Below are positions 1-12,712 of a stretch of 64,000 nucleotides of DNA, one piece after another (the stretch's first letter is position 1; each line of letters begins with the position of its first letter). The position numbers and the translations under genes were made by a program. Source of the DNA: Octopus sinensis. Lineage: Eukaryota. The DNA is taken from NCBI RefSeq assembly GCF_006345805.1, contig NC_043003.1, positions 37,510,001-37,574,000 on the forward strand, given 5' to 3'. The notes beneath the pieces were generated by a model. The model did not search any database, was not told the DNA's origin, and saw only the letters and a program-made list of their open reading frames with translations.

Positions 1-1329
1 AATATATATCATGAGCATCTTTTACTTTCCATCTGCCAAATCTACTGACAAGGCTTTGGCCAGCCCAAGGTTATAGTTGAAGACACTTACCCAAGGTGTC
101 ATCAGGTAGGACTGAACCCAGAACCATGTGGTTTGGAAGCAAGGAAGAATTTTAAAATATAGTATATTTAATAAATTTGTGTCTGCATCATTACACAAGG
201 GCTAACTCTGCTGAAATCAATAAAGTGTTAGCTTAGTGATTTCAAAGTCTTAAGGGACTCTATTTCAACAATCATACTTGCACTGTTTCCCTACCTAAGT
301 CTCCCTAGTCGAGTCCACATAACTCCAAATTAATAACCCGAATATGTGCAACATGAGCACTGTATAACTGCCATGGGATTTATTAACTCTGAGTTTAAAT
401 CCTAGAATGGATAGAGCTTGAATAAACATTTCTCTGGAGTTGAACCAACAAAAGAACCACCACTGTGTGGTTGATCAACCTGCTAGAAACACCCATTAAA
501 TTCCACTCAAATTACACACCAAGTTATCTTGGAAAAGGAGTGGATATACTGGATAATGTAGTCCTACATAGACCTAAAATAAAAGAACTGACAAGTGGAA
601 TGCCTTTGATCAAAGGTCTGCTCAATTAAGACTGACTTGGGGGTTAAATAATTTCCTTCAAGCAAATAGAGTTAATCACTAATGATGTTTACATCTTATA
701 AAGATACAGGATTGTCTGATGCATAAAAGATTTACTTCCTGCCTTTGGCACAGACCAATTAAACAGAACAGTGGCAGTAGTGGTGGGCTCTGTGCTAGAG
801 AAAGTTTCACACTGTAGCATACCGACTACCAATCACATTGTAGTAAAGTATTGTGTCCAGTCCTAAGACCCAGAGCTGGTTACCTGGCTTCCATGGCATA
901 TAAGTGACCAAGGCCACAAAACTAAAGCTGAGTTCACTGGAGCAATGTGAAATGAAGCGTTTTGCTCAAGAGCACAACATAAAACTTCAATCTTACTATC
1001 ATGAGTGTCACACACTAACCTGTATAAGGCAACATGCTTTCACCAACACTTTAGTAGTCCAATACTTTATTTAACCTTAGAGTTATAGTGTCTCAGTTGT
1101 GTCATTTGGGACACTTTGCAGTCATTTAATGCTAAGTATTCTTAAGCATGTGAACTGGAACCTATCAATTGTTTTATCTTCAGTCACTTTTCAGTTTTCA
1201 CATCCATAGAGTAATACTGATCAGATCAATGTCTGGAATAGTTTTAGCTTTGTTTTGCAGCCTGTACCTCTACTTCTCCACACCTTTGTTAAATTGTAGA
1301 ATGCTCTCCGGGATTTGGATATTCTGTTC

Positions 1330-1580
1330 TTTGTACTCTCCATTCAATAGGAAACTAGATCAGACACATCCTCAGACAAGATTAAGAAAGCGATTCTATG
1401 ATGGCACTAAAGTGACGGCTTGAGAGGAAAAGAGCAGTAGAGTGCCCTAAAACTAGGATCATTGACAAGGAAAGTAGACAAGAAGAGTGGAGAAGCTGGA
1501 ATGAGACTAAAAAAAGTGGCAGAAAACAGAGCTGGTTGGAAAGATCACGTTGCAGTCTTATGTGCCTCATGGCACAGAGA
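1330..1580 (+). mobile_element. Degenerate RTE-type LINE 3' fragment
   Basis: Decayed remnant of the W-x-GH-x-LR...G-KR-x-RGRP-K C-terminal RTE motif with stops; family call is tentative. Confidence 0.4.
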
Positions 1581-1769
1581 AAACTAACTATGGTGCCTCA
1601 GTAGGCAGAGACTTCCAAATTTAAAGTAAAGAGTACAGCAAAAATAATTCCATCCATGCTAACATGAGAAGGAAAAATATCAATTTAAAACCAGGAAAAA
1701 GAAATTAGGCTAAATATTTGTTTGCATGGTTTTTTTTTTGTTTTAAGAAATGGAGCACAAAATACTTAC

Positions 1770-2007
1770 TTGATGGGATAACAAAGAGGCTCTCATCTGG
1801 TGGGCCTTTATTGAAGACTTTGTAGTTTATGGTGTATTTGTCATAATGAGAACCAAACATTGCATCATAACCCATCATTTCAAAACGAAGTGGATACTGT
1901 GAATCATCCGTCACCCACATAGTGTACGTGTTTGTTTTTGAACCTATTTTCTCAACTTTTTCAAATATTTGTATCCGGAAATCAATGTAAGTGCTTCTAC
2001 CAATGAA
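1770..2007 (-). CDS. 26/29-kDa-proteinase / CfaD-like cysteine protease, exon 4 (gene continues beyond window start)
   Basis: tag acceptor, gtaagt donor. Encodes FIGRSTYIDFRIQIFEKVEKIGSKTNTYTMWVTDDSQYPLRFEMMGYDAMFGSHYDKYTINY; the NTYTMW..P.R.EM.GY...GSHYDKY motif is characteristic of this family. The catalytic domain is not in the window. Confidence 0.9.
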
Positions 2008-2275
2008 CTATAAAAATAGGAAAAAATATAATAAAAAATAAATAATTAATAATAATGAAATATTGTAAAATTTGTCTTAGAACAATAGTTTTGAGTCATT
2101 ATGAAGGTGATTAGGTTTATAGCTGCAATTGTATAGCAGATTCTTGCTTTATAGCATGAGACATGTATATAGGTGCAAGTGTGGTTGGGTGGTAAGAAGT
2201 TTACTTCCAAACCATATGGTTCCAGGTTCAGAATGAATTTGGTAGACTGAAAGAAACTTGTTGTAAAGATATATA

Positions 2276-3486
2276 CAAGGTGATATCAAAAGGTTCCTGG
2301 ACTAGTTATGTTTAATAAAAAATAACTTATTTACCTAGGTTTTAACATCATCTCCTTCAAAATAGTCACCTTGCACAGCAATACACTGGTCCCAGTGTTC
2401 TTGCCACTTTTGGAACCGGGCCTGGAAGTCATTTTCCATAAGCAAGTCCAAGCCCTCCTGTGATTCACTCTGGATCTTGACAAAAGCAACCTTTAAGCTG
2501 CATTTTCATCCTGGGGGAAGTGATGGAAGCCCACAGGTGCTAAATCTGGTGAATAGCATGGGTACGGAAGCAATACCATTTTGTTTTTGGCAAGAAACTC
2601 ACAAGTGAGGTGAGTTCAGTGACAGGATGCATTGTTGTCATGAAGAAACCATTTCTTCATGCTCCATAGTTCCAGTGGCTTTTGCTAAATGTCCTCCCTC
2701 AAACACTTCAAAACATCACAGTAGAACTCTCGATTGACGGTCTGGCCCTGGGAGATGTATTCTTTATGCACAAAACTGCAGATGTCGGAAACAAAAAAAA
2801 AAGAATTAACATTCTCTTGATTGAGCTGTGGTTCTGTCGTGCCTTCTTCGGTCATAGGGATCAAGGTCTCTTCCATTGTGAAGACTGCTGCTTCGTTTCT
2901 GGGTTGTGCCTGTAGACTAAATTTTCATCACTAGTGATTATCCTCAACATGAAGGATGGGTCATCAGTGACAGGCTGACACAGATCTTGACAAACTTCAA
3001 TGTAATGTTCTTTCTGCTCAGTGGTCAGCAGGCAGGAGACAAACTTGGCAGAGACATGCCGCATGTTCAATTCAGACATTAGAATTGCCTGCACAGACCC
3101 ATACAACAGACCAACATCAGCAATGTCGTTAATTGTCCTCCAACAATCCTCATGCAAAAGCTGATGGATTCTCTCCACATTTCCGGGGGGGTGGGGGTGA
3201 CACTTGTGGCAGGTCTTCCAAATCACACATTGTCTATCAGGGATGTTCTTCCGCTTTTGAAGAGCACATGCCACTTAAAGCATTGCATACAACCTAAAAT
3301 CACAGACTACATCATACACGTGATCACAAAAACACAAGTTTCACAACTTGCAAAGTAAACACATTGATATCACTCAGCACACTGCCTCATGAAGGTCACT
3401 GCTAGCTTACACTCCACACACAACCAGGTGCTGCCACCTGTTGGTGTGCTACAGAACTAGTCCAGGAACTTTTTGATACTACCTCA
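2276..3486 (-). mobile_element. Full-length but inactive mariner element
   Basis: About 32-bp TIRs (CAAGGTGATATCAAAAGGTTCCTGGACTAGTT / AACTAGTCCAGGAACTTTTTGATACTACCTCA) flanked by TA. Broken transposase frames: SAKFVSCLLT.EQK, RIITSDE..VY..NPETKQQSSQW, GQTVNREFYCDVL. Confidence 0.92.
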
Positions 3487-4184
3487 TACATGTATGTATA
3501 AGTGCCAAAATGCTAAAATACAGAAAGTAATTCATTGAATGCTAAAAACAAATAGTTTTTTTTTTTAAATCACTATGTGACTATTACTCTATTATTTTAT
3601 TAGTTAGATAAAAAAAAAAACAAAGACTAAACATCTGCAGCATACTACTGACAGGAATTTAGTGAAATATTTTTTGTTTCCATTTTTTTTTCAGCTTGGC
3701 CAGGTGGATAGGTCAGCATCCACAACTCTATTTATCAAGACCTCTGACATTCATGGGAGTTAGTTATCCATGAACTGGAGACCTGTACCAAATGGGGATA
3801 TAATGCAGATGGCAGATTAAGTCTACCACCCAAGAACTCAGAACACAAAGAGCTGAAACAGACATTTGAAGGCATTTCATCCAATGCTCTACCAATTTGT
3901 ACAAATCCACAGCCCTGAGTTTGTACTTTATTATAGCAAATTTGAAAGAATAAAAACCAAAGTTGGTTTCATTAGGATTAGAACTGAGCCAGTAGTGCTT
4001 TGCTCTGTAACAGGTTCACAGAAGCAAAGTTAAATAACTTGAGGCCCAGTGAACAGCCTCTCAACACCATGAAAAATAGAATAAGCTTCAGTCATCCATG
4101 ATCACCTTCAGCTAACAGAAGTGTGGTGAAGTAGAAAGATAATAGAAAAAAATATTACAAAACAAACAACAAACTCAAACTTAC

Positions 4185-4357
4185 CTTGTAATCTGAGAGG
4201 TCTGGTAAGGCTATTTGTGGGACAATTTTTCCATCACTAGTGCCATCTACTTTAAAACAAGATCTCTTATTGAAATCATTGTAAGTGGTCACATATGCCA
4301 AAGTGTATGCCTCTCCATAATCACCTTTTCCTCCAAGCATAAGCATAGACACAATCC
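4185..4357 (-). CDS. 26/29-kDa-proteinase / CfaD-like cysteine protease, exon 3
   Basis: cag acceptor, gtaagt donor, phase 1 in and phase 0 out. Encodes GIVSMLMLGGKGDYGEAYTLAYVTTYNDFNKRSCFKVDGTSDGKIVPQIALPDLSDYK (C-F-x-V-x-G...PQ-x-x-LPDL motif). Confidence 0.88.
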
Positions 4358-4979
4358 CTGGAATTGAGTTAGAATTATAATCAGCATGGTAATTGGTTCT
4401 TAATTTTTAGTTTAGGGCATGAATCCATCATTTCTGACGATAACATAAAATGATGAGTTGAGTGAATTACTGACTCGACTGTATGATTGGTACAAACTAG
4501 TATGATAGGAGATTAAAATTACTTTCCAATTTAACTGTATGTGTGTGTGTGTGTGTGTCCTGGGTAGGACTAACTTTTTAGCATTTAAACCTGCCATATC
4601 CAGTCAAAACATTCTACTTTATTTTAACCCTTTAGCATTCATTTCAGCCCAAATTTGTTTTTTCATTTAAATTGGCCAGGTCCAGCCTCTTAGTCCTAAA
4701 ATAAACAATCATACCACTGAAATCTCAAAACTATGAGATAATTCACAATGAAATCAAAGCAATGTGAATAAATAAGCCTTACATTTGACAGAATAATCTG
4801 AATGCTTAAGGGTTAAACTGCATCCAGTAATGAGCTTCTAGTACAAGATTTCCAGGCTTTTGAGGATCTTGGAGCTACCACTTATTCATTATTGTTCCCA
4901 GATCTACTCTGACAGGAGTAGTAGCCTAGCTGTTAGGGTTAACAAACATGTGAGCCACTGAGAGTAAAAGACCTCTAGT

Positions 4980-5380
4980 TCATCATTATCGTCATCATCA
5001 TCGTTTAACGTCCACTTTCCATGCTAGCATGGGTTGGACGATTTTGACTGAGGGCTGGCACCAGGCTCCAATCTTGATCTGGCAGAGTTTCTACAGCTGG
5101 ATGCCCTTCCTATCGCCAACCACTCCGAGAGTGTAGTGGGTGCTTTTTACGTGCCACCGGCATGGGGGCCAGTCAGGCGGTACTGGCAATGACCTCACTC
5201 AAATCTTTTTACACATGCCACCGGCACAGGTGCCAGTAAGGTGACACTGGTAACGATAACGATCAAATTGTGCCCTTTTACATGCCACCGGCTCGGAAGC
5301 CAGTTAGCCGCTCTAGCAACGATCATGCTCGGATGGTGCTCTTGGCACCCTACTAGCACGGGCACAAGTGCCAGTAAGGT
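4980..5380 (-). mobile_element. RTE LINE 3' UTR copy with (GAT)n tail; many further copies (e.g. 19605-19850, 27215-27480, 34745-35170, 51915-52260)
   Basis: Same sequence that directly follows RTE ORF2 C-termini at 26040-26910, 33835-34730 and 45210-45600; internal tandem GTGCCGGTGGCACGTAAAAAGCACC units. Confidence 0.8.
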
Positions 5381-6164
5381 GGTTTGAAATTCTTTCTTGG
5401 AGAAAATAAACTCTTATAAAAACAAAAACCCTGAAGTTCAGTCGATTTCTGAGTGTCTCAACCACTGTTGTGCCATTACTATTATAACTGATTGCACTAA
5501 AAAGTGGGCTCAATGCTGTGCAACACTTTAGCCATGCAAAACAAAATCATGTGTAGGAACTTCCTGAACTCACAAAACATTTGCACAGGTTCACTGAGTT
5601 TAGGAAGTGGGCTTAGTCAGCCATGAGTTGACTTCCAACATCACCAGCACCACGTATGTACATATCATCATCATCACCGCTTTGCATCTGCTCACCATGC
5701 TGGCATGGGTTGGATGGGTTGCCACAATCAAAGTCAGCTGTTATACAGAAATAACTGTCCCCTGAGACAGGTTGGGGTACCACATCTGGTTTGAAATGTT
5801 ATGAAATTGACATTTTCTACAGCTGGATGCCCTTTCTATCACCAACCAACCAACTTACAGAATGCACAGGGTGTTGTCATGTCCCCAACAGTACATGACT
5901 AAGGGACCCCTGAAATCATTTGCCAACCACTTTATAGACTGCATTTTATCATGGTACCTGTACTAGTGCAATTACCTTATACACAACAAAACAAATGGGA
6001 TCCTCATAGCTCTACACTATCTCTATATACTGTAATATAACTAAAGAGAGAGTAATTGCAAAGGACGAACTAGAATGAAAGAAGCAAAATTATGAAGGGG
6101 GAAAAAAACGGTTGAGAAAAAGCAGTTGCAAATATGATGATGATGATGATGGCGGTGTATGTAT

Positions 6165-6580
6165 ACTCTTTTTACTCTCTTTTACTTGTTTCAGTCATTT
6201 GACTGTGGCCATGTTAGAGCACCGCCTTTAGTCGAGCAAATCAACCCCAGGACTTATTCTTTGTAAGTCTAGTACTTATTCTATCAGTTATTTTTGCCAA
6301 ACCGCTAAGTTACAGGGACGTAAACACACCAGCTTTGGTTGTCAAACAATGTTGGGGGTACAAACAGAGACACACAAACTTATACACACACATACATACA
6401 TATATATACATATATATACGATGGGCTTCTTTCAGTTTCCGTCTACCAAATCCACTCACAAGGCTTTGGTTGGCCTGAGGCTATGGTAGAAGACACTTGC
6501 CCAAGTTGCCATGCAGTAGGACAGAACCTGGAACCATGTGGTTTGTGAGCAAGCTACCTACCACACAGCCACTCCTACGT
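6165..6580 (-). mobile_element. Abundant tRNA-headed SINE, near full-length copy
   Basis: Reverse complement of the copy at 53355-53738: A/B-box-like head, internal TA/CA microsatellite, AAGAGT tail. Confidence 0.85.
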
Positions 6581-6757
6581 ATAAGTATATAGGTGCAGGT
6601 ATGGCTGTGTGGTTAAAAAGTTCACTCCCCAATCATGTGCTTTCATGTTTACTCCCACTGCATGGCACCTTGAGCAAGTATATTTTACTAGAACCCTAGA
6701 TGGACCTTGAGCAAATATATTTTAATAGAAGCCCTTGTGAAACTAAAAGATCCCACC

Positions 6758-6829
<72 letters not shown>

Positions 6830-7089
6830 ATGCATACGCCATATGTGTTTTTCTTCACATTTGTAGGCCTCCGAAAATTGCTGGTCAACAAGCGGCAATG
6901 TTGCTGTCATTTCCTCTATCAATAAATTGTCTACTGGCTTCAAAGATGTGTAGGATAAGAGATGCTCTATTTGAAAAGCAGGAAAAACAGCCAGTTGTAA
7001 AACAATGCTTCAACATTATATTCATCTAACCTATGCTAACATGGGAAAACAGACATAAAAACAAATTAACAATCTACTGAAGAACTTAC

Positions 7090-7260
7090 CATGATAATAG
7101 TTTATTCTGCTGCGATTGTTTATTAAATCAACATATGCAATAACTGGTTCATTAAGTTCAGCATAGGGTAAAGACAATGTTCCCATCAAACCATACTGCT
7201 TGCCAAAGTCTGGTATTGGTGGTGTTTGCTGTGGTTTTGCTGTCACAATAGACAGCAGTA
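7090..7260 (-). CDS. 26/29-kDa-proteinase / CfaD-like cysteine protease, exon 2
   Basis: cag acceptor at 7261-7263, gtaagt donor. Encodes VLLSIVTAKPQQTPPIPDFGKQYGLMGTLSLPYAELNEPVIAYVDLINNRSRINYYHG, which matches the G-x-L-x-LPYAEI-x-EP...SRIDYY.G pattern of the N-terminal domain of 26/29-kDa proteinases. Confidence 0.88.
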
Positions 7261-7359
7261 CTGAAAGTAGATAAAAAATATATGTATAAGCCTTAACAAT
7301 ATAGATAGAAAACATACAATGATGATATAGTTCTATATTTAAGAGATGAAGAATTATGT

Positions 7360-7600
7360 ACATTATTTACATTCGATGGATATTTGTTCTCGTCTTGTTT
7401 GTTGTTAACACAACGTTTCGGCTGATATACCCTCCAGCCTTCTTCAGGTGTCTTAGGGGAATTTCAAACCTGGGTTCTCATTCCTAAGGTATTCTTCGAT
7501 GTTATTTTTATTATTATTGTTGTTGTTGTTCAGGTCACTGCTTGGAATCAAACTCGGAATTTTGGGGTTAGTAGCCCGCGCTCTTAACCACTACGCCATA
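7360..7600 (-). mobile_element. tRNA-headed short element carrying a Penelope-type minimal hammerhead ribozyme
   Basis: Minus strand: TGGCGTAGTGGTTAAG (A box)...GAGTTTGATTCC (B box), an (AAC/AAT)n linker, then a hammerhead at 7407-7452. Confidence 0.7.
7407..7452 (-). ncRNA. Minimal type I hammerhead ribozyme motif
   Basis: GACAC-CTGAAGA-A-GGCTG(GAGGGTATAT)CAGCC-GAAA-CG-T-T-GTGTT: stem I, canonical core, stem II and palindromic minimal stem III (AACGTT). Confidence 0.75.
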
Positions 7601-7611
7601 TAATAATCTCC

Positions 7612-7855
7612 TCTATGCTGGTTGTCTTCTGGGCATCCATTTAGCCCTGATCCTGAAGTCACTAACTACCAGTCTATGTTCTTGGGTACATTCTTCACCC
7701 GGGGAGGTTTTGACATTTATAAGCAGCCATCTTTCTCTTTTTCTGGTGAGGATGTAGTCAATTTGGCTAATGTGTCTACCAGAACAGTAGGTGATTAGGT
7801 GACTGGCAGGTTTCCTGAAGTTAGTATTGCAAACCATAAGATCATTTACATTGCA
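7612..7855 (-). mobile_element. RTE LINE endonuclease (APE) fragment
   Basis: Translation NDLMVCNTNFRKPASHLITYCSGRHISQIDYIL...EECTQEHRLVVSD matches APE C-terminal motifs of RTE ORF2. Confidence 0.88.
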
Positions 7856-8937
7856 ATATATTTGTTGAACTAATAATTCAAAGGCTTCAAGTTCAAATCC
7901 ACTGTAAGTATTGTTGTATATTTGTGTGCAGTACACTTGATACAATATGACTCAATTGATCAAGCTACAAGAAACAGTTATTGGAGTTTTTAACTGGCAT
8001 CCTATTCAGGAAAGGTTAATAGTCACACTCAAAGACCAGGAGCAGAGAGTTAACAGTCTGACGCCTGCAGACCCATTTAGAGTAAACACTTGTAGTAAAA
8101 AATAAAAGGGATAAAAAAAAGCTTGATGTCTGTAGACCCAGTCATAGTTAATATCCAAGAGTACAACAGCTTGATACCTACAAAGACACAAACAGTTAAT
8201 AGCTAAGGGTACAGTATGATGATTCTAGTACTTAATGCGTTTTGTGACCCTAAGCAAAGAACATAATCTCTTTTTGTTCTGGTATATAAACTTCCACTCC
8301 CTATTTAGAATTTAATAGTAAGACAGGGTAACTAGCTATAGAAACATTTCACACTAAAACAAAAGCCAACCTACACAAGTGTGAAAAAAATTATGTTAAA
8401 AAAAACTATAAATAATGCGTTTCTTTTATAATTTAGCAAGATAGGCAGCATCCAAAATGGATGAGATTGATACAGCCAGAGAATAACATAAACATCTGCA
8501 AGTAATTGTCAGTAGAAAAAAAATAACGTTGATTAAGTTAAAAGTACCCATTGACAAGATGGTGTCAAGAATTATCTCATACTATTCCCGTTAAATTTAG
8601 CTACTTTTACAATCTCACAGGTCAATATTTTTTATTTTACTTTTTATCTTTCTTTCTTTCTTAATGCCAGGTTAACGTAATTCTATATTCCTGATTATTC
8701 TAACACTGACGTATCATGAGATGGAGGAGTTCTCTCCCTTATTTAAGACGGCGTTTGAGACATTGCGCCTTTAGTGTGCAGATCTCTTAATTGTTAGATA
8801 TTAAAACAGCGACTCCTATAACTGAATATGTTGACAATTAATGAATAAATTAATGTATTACAAAGTAAATTCTGCTTCTTAAGGCTGAGAAAGAGACACA
8901 ATATAGAAATATTGTGCATAAAACTAACAACAGCTGG

Positions 8938-10459
8938 ATCTTTTCCTTTTGAACGGCAGACAATTTCTAGTTAACTAAACACTTTAAAACTTCGTATACT
9001 GGTAGAATGTGTCAAAATAAAACATTTTTTTTGCCTTTTTGGCATAGTTTCGGTTGTAGTAGCACAGATTTCCGTCGATTTCCGTAAAAAACTTTTATTT
9101 TTTTACATAAGTAATGAGAGCGAAAGAGACTAAGAGGAAGCGATTTTACGACGAGAAGGTTTCACTTTGAAGTCGGCCTGTGTGTGTTTGATGGGGTGTG
9201 GGAGACAGACAGTATGTTGTGTAAGTGAAGTGCTTCTGTTAGTGTGTGCGAAGAGACAGACATACATATACACATACACCGAGTAAAAAATTACGATGAA
9301 TCGGCCATACATACATACACACACACACATACATAGATACATACACACACACACATACATACATACACACACACACACATACTTACACACACACACATAG
9401 ATACATACACACACACACATACATGCAGACATACATATACACATACACCGAGTAAAAAATTACACTGAATCGACCATACATACATACACACATACATACA
9501 TACACACACACACATACATAGATACATACACACACACACACATACATGCATACATACATATACACATACACCGAGTAAAAAATCAGTTATCTCTCTCTTT
9601 CACACATTACTCTCTCTGTCTCTTCGCACACACTAACAGAAGCACTTCACTTACACAACATACTGTCTGTCTCCCACACCCCATCAAACACACACAGGCC
9701 GATTTCAAAGAGAAACCTTCTCGTCATAAAATCGCTTCCTCTTAGTCTCTTTCGCTCTCATTACTTATGTAAAAAAATAAAACTTTTTTACGGAAATCGA
9801 CGGAAATCTGTGCTACGACATGCGAAACTTCGCCTTTTTTTTCTCTTGGCTTTCTTGAGAAAATTGTAATTTGTTTGTTTAACGTAGTTTAATTTTTCGA
9901 ATTTTAACCAATCCTATGCTCTCTTTTGAGCTAAAATCATTTGCTGCGTCTAAAACTGAGACAACATCCTGTCACTATCCCTCAACCTAACCCTAACCCT
10001 AATTTTTTTTTCTTAATTGTTAAATTAATTTAATTGTTACGCGTGTAAAAAAAAAAACGAAAGCAATGGAAAACGATTTAAACAATTCCATATACGTACG
10101 GAAAGCGTGTGTATAAAATTATAGAATTATTTTGTTTGTTAATAGTTTAAATCATTTTCCATTGCTTTCAGGGTTTTTTTACACGCGTAACAATTAAGAA
10201 AAAAAAGTTAGGGTTAGTTACAGGATGTTGTCTCAGTTTTAGACGCAGCAAATGATTTTAGTTGAATGGAGGTAATCGATTGGTTAAAATTGCTGAAATG
10301 CTCGGATTTTCTGGCGAAATATCTTACAAACTATAGAATTTTCTCAATAAAGCCAAGAAAAAATGATGTTTTATAAACACATTCTACCAGTATACAAAGT
10401 TTAAAAGTGTTTAGTTAACTAGAAATTGTGTTGACATCTGCCATTCAAAAGGAAAAGAT
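8938..10459. mobile_element. Foldback/MITE with long inverted arms and internal TTAGGG-like repeats, interrupted by a nested element
   Basis: 8938-9030 plus 9835-10090 is the imperfect reverse complement of 10140-10459. CCCTAA repeats near 9987-10002 and TTAGGG near 10208. A related arm fragment lies near 38840-38990. Confidence 0.8.
9041..9834. mobile_element. Nested MITE with about 215-bp terminal inverted repeats and a CA/CATA microsatellite core
   Basis: GGCATAGTTTCGGTTGTAGTAGCACAGATTTCCGTCG... is mirrored by ...CGACGGAAATCTGTGCTACGACATGCGAAACTTCGCC; inserted into a T-run of the host element. Confidence 0.85.
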
Positions 10460-11331
10460 ACGAGGGGAGGTACGACGACGATCTCAGGACGAACCTGGGC
10501 GTCAACGAGGAATACCTGACCCGCCTGTTCAAGACGACCTATGGACAACTTCCAGAGATCCCTGGCCTGGCAGTGCTATCGAGAAGCGCTACCCGTTCGG
10601 GATAAGCTCTACAGGCATGGCTCGAGAAACACGGGGCCGACCTATCTGAGATGCGGTCAGAGCGACAAAACCGTCCTGCATGCACTCGTACAATGTCCAA
10701 CCATTTCCGACCTGTGGGCCTGTGTCGAACGACTGCTATCGCGTGTGGGACGAGACAGTTTATCAACCGAGTCTATCGTGAATATTGTCATGCCTCCGTC
10801 CTTGAAACGAGAAGGAAGAGCCATTTTCATAGTACTTGTAGCTATGGCAAAAGAATGTGTATGGTGGACGCGTCTGAAAGGTCTGGTCAATCTCTCATCA
10901 ACTACAAGGATCACTTGAAGAGGAAGGTGAGAGTAGAAAGGGAAGTTTTGTCTAGTGAATGTTTAAAAAAAAGATGGATGAATGTGGCAAAGATGGCACA
11001 TGTGAATGATGGAGCCAGTTTGAGCATAATCCTATGAACCAAAAGAAAAAAAGAGACCCACCTACTGTAATGTGTTTTCTTTTTGCATGACACTATTGCC
11101 CAAGGTTCCCGTGGTCTTTTCTATCCACGAACAAACCTAATCTGTTTTCCCTTTTTACATTGACATTTCTGTGATACACGATCCCTATTGATCGGCCCCA
11201 CTTTTTTTTCACAATCCCTTTTGAACGGAATTCCCACCACCACCTTTTCCCTTCTCTTCTTCCCAAAAAGAAAAGCTCTACTTTGTATTTTGTCCCTTCT
11301 GTGTTTAGCCCTGCGTGGCCAATAAAGAAAT
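10460..11331 (+). mobile_element. 5'-truncated Tx1/L1-clade LINE (ORF2 C-terminal zinc-finger region plus 3' UTR)
   Basis: AWQCYREALPVRDKL...LRCGQSDKTVLHALVQCP...LW is a zf-RVT-type motif; 3' UTR ends in AATAAAGAAA followed by TC/TATC repeats. Confidence 0.85.
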
Positions 11332-12712
11332 CTCTCTCTCTATCTATCTATACTTTCATTGGCTAATGTTTACTTTAACACCCGGCCACCAAAGCAAAAC
11401 AAAAAACAAGTGTAATAGGTGTAAAAAAAATGTCTATAAAACAAATATGATGAACTCCACCGTCTGGAGTCCATAAGGTCGTTCATATTCTCAGATAGTA
11501 GAGTGACACAAATTAGGTCTACGAACAATTCAGTCTATCCTAACAACCTCCGTCTGGAGTTCATAAGTTTGATCATATTATCAGACAAAATACACAGTGA
11601 CACAAATCAGGTTTGTGAACAATATGGTCCAATTTCGCCATCACAGTGACATGAGTAATGTAGATAAGTAGAGCATGCTGTTAAAGCATGAGCACAGTAC
11701 CATGAAGAGTTAACGAGAAGATAGAGTAGTTATTACATTGCCTTGCTTCAATTACCGTAAAACTATTGACAAGTAAAACGAGTAGATATAGAACAATATA
11801 TAAATGCACAAGAAGCATGAAGTCTATCCATACAGAAATAATATAAGATTTTTAATTTTAGCACCAGGCCAGCAATTATAGGGGAGGGGTTCGGGCGATT
11901 GCATAGACCCTGGTGTTCAACCGATACTTATTGTATTGACTCCGAAATGATGAAAGGTAAAGTCAACTTTATCAGAATTTGAACTCAGAACATAGAATCA
12001 GAGTTGATCTGGAATTAAACAACTATATTGCGCTTTCAGAATACTCAGCTTTGAGGAATTACATTTGTAGAACAGTATTAATAATTATTAACAGACACAA
12101 AGAGATATTATTGATTACATTGACCACAGTATTTCAATGGTATCTACTTTATCAGTCCTGAAAGAATGAAGGACTAAGTTGACTCTTGAAGGATTTGAAC
12201 TCAGAACATTTCCCAATACATAATGTACCACAACCACATACTCTAAAGCCTCATTATGATTTAAGGTCACATTGGGTAATGTCATCCTATATTTACTGGT
12301 TTAATTCTAATTCATACTCTGATGTTCTTTTGTTTTTATCTTTTAGTTGCTTGATGAGAAAAGAACAGATATGACCTTTTTCTTTCTTTTATGGAGGGTT
12401 TGAGAAAGGGAGAAAGTTATCAGAATTGAAGATCTGACCTAAATACCGGCAGAGTGAACTCTATTAAAGGCACCATGGACCAAGAGTTGATAGTGTTCAA
12501 CTGGGCTACATTTTAAGCCCACCAGCCACAAAGTAGCAGCACATCAGCTGCCCTTGTGACAAATGAAGAAACCCAGCATTATCATTACGTCTGATCCTAA
12601 GAAATCCTTATGCTGCAAATGATTGTTGATCACTACACTGAGGTATTTACACTAGTTGTATTTACCTTCCAAGCAGTTTCAAACTGAATTAAAAATATTC
12701 CAATCATCATCT

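Noticed and set aside
6688-7029. ORFs rich in CV/HT/YI repeats here and at 9130-9571, 18672-20627, 24562-24910 and 36991-37431
   Set aside because: They are translations of CA, TA and CATA microsatellites and SINE sequence, not genes.
9987-10215. Telomeric repeats suggesting an interstitial telomere or fusion site
   Set aside because: Only two or three units, placed symmetrically within the arms of a foldback element.
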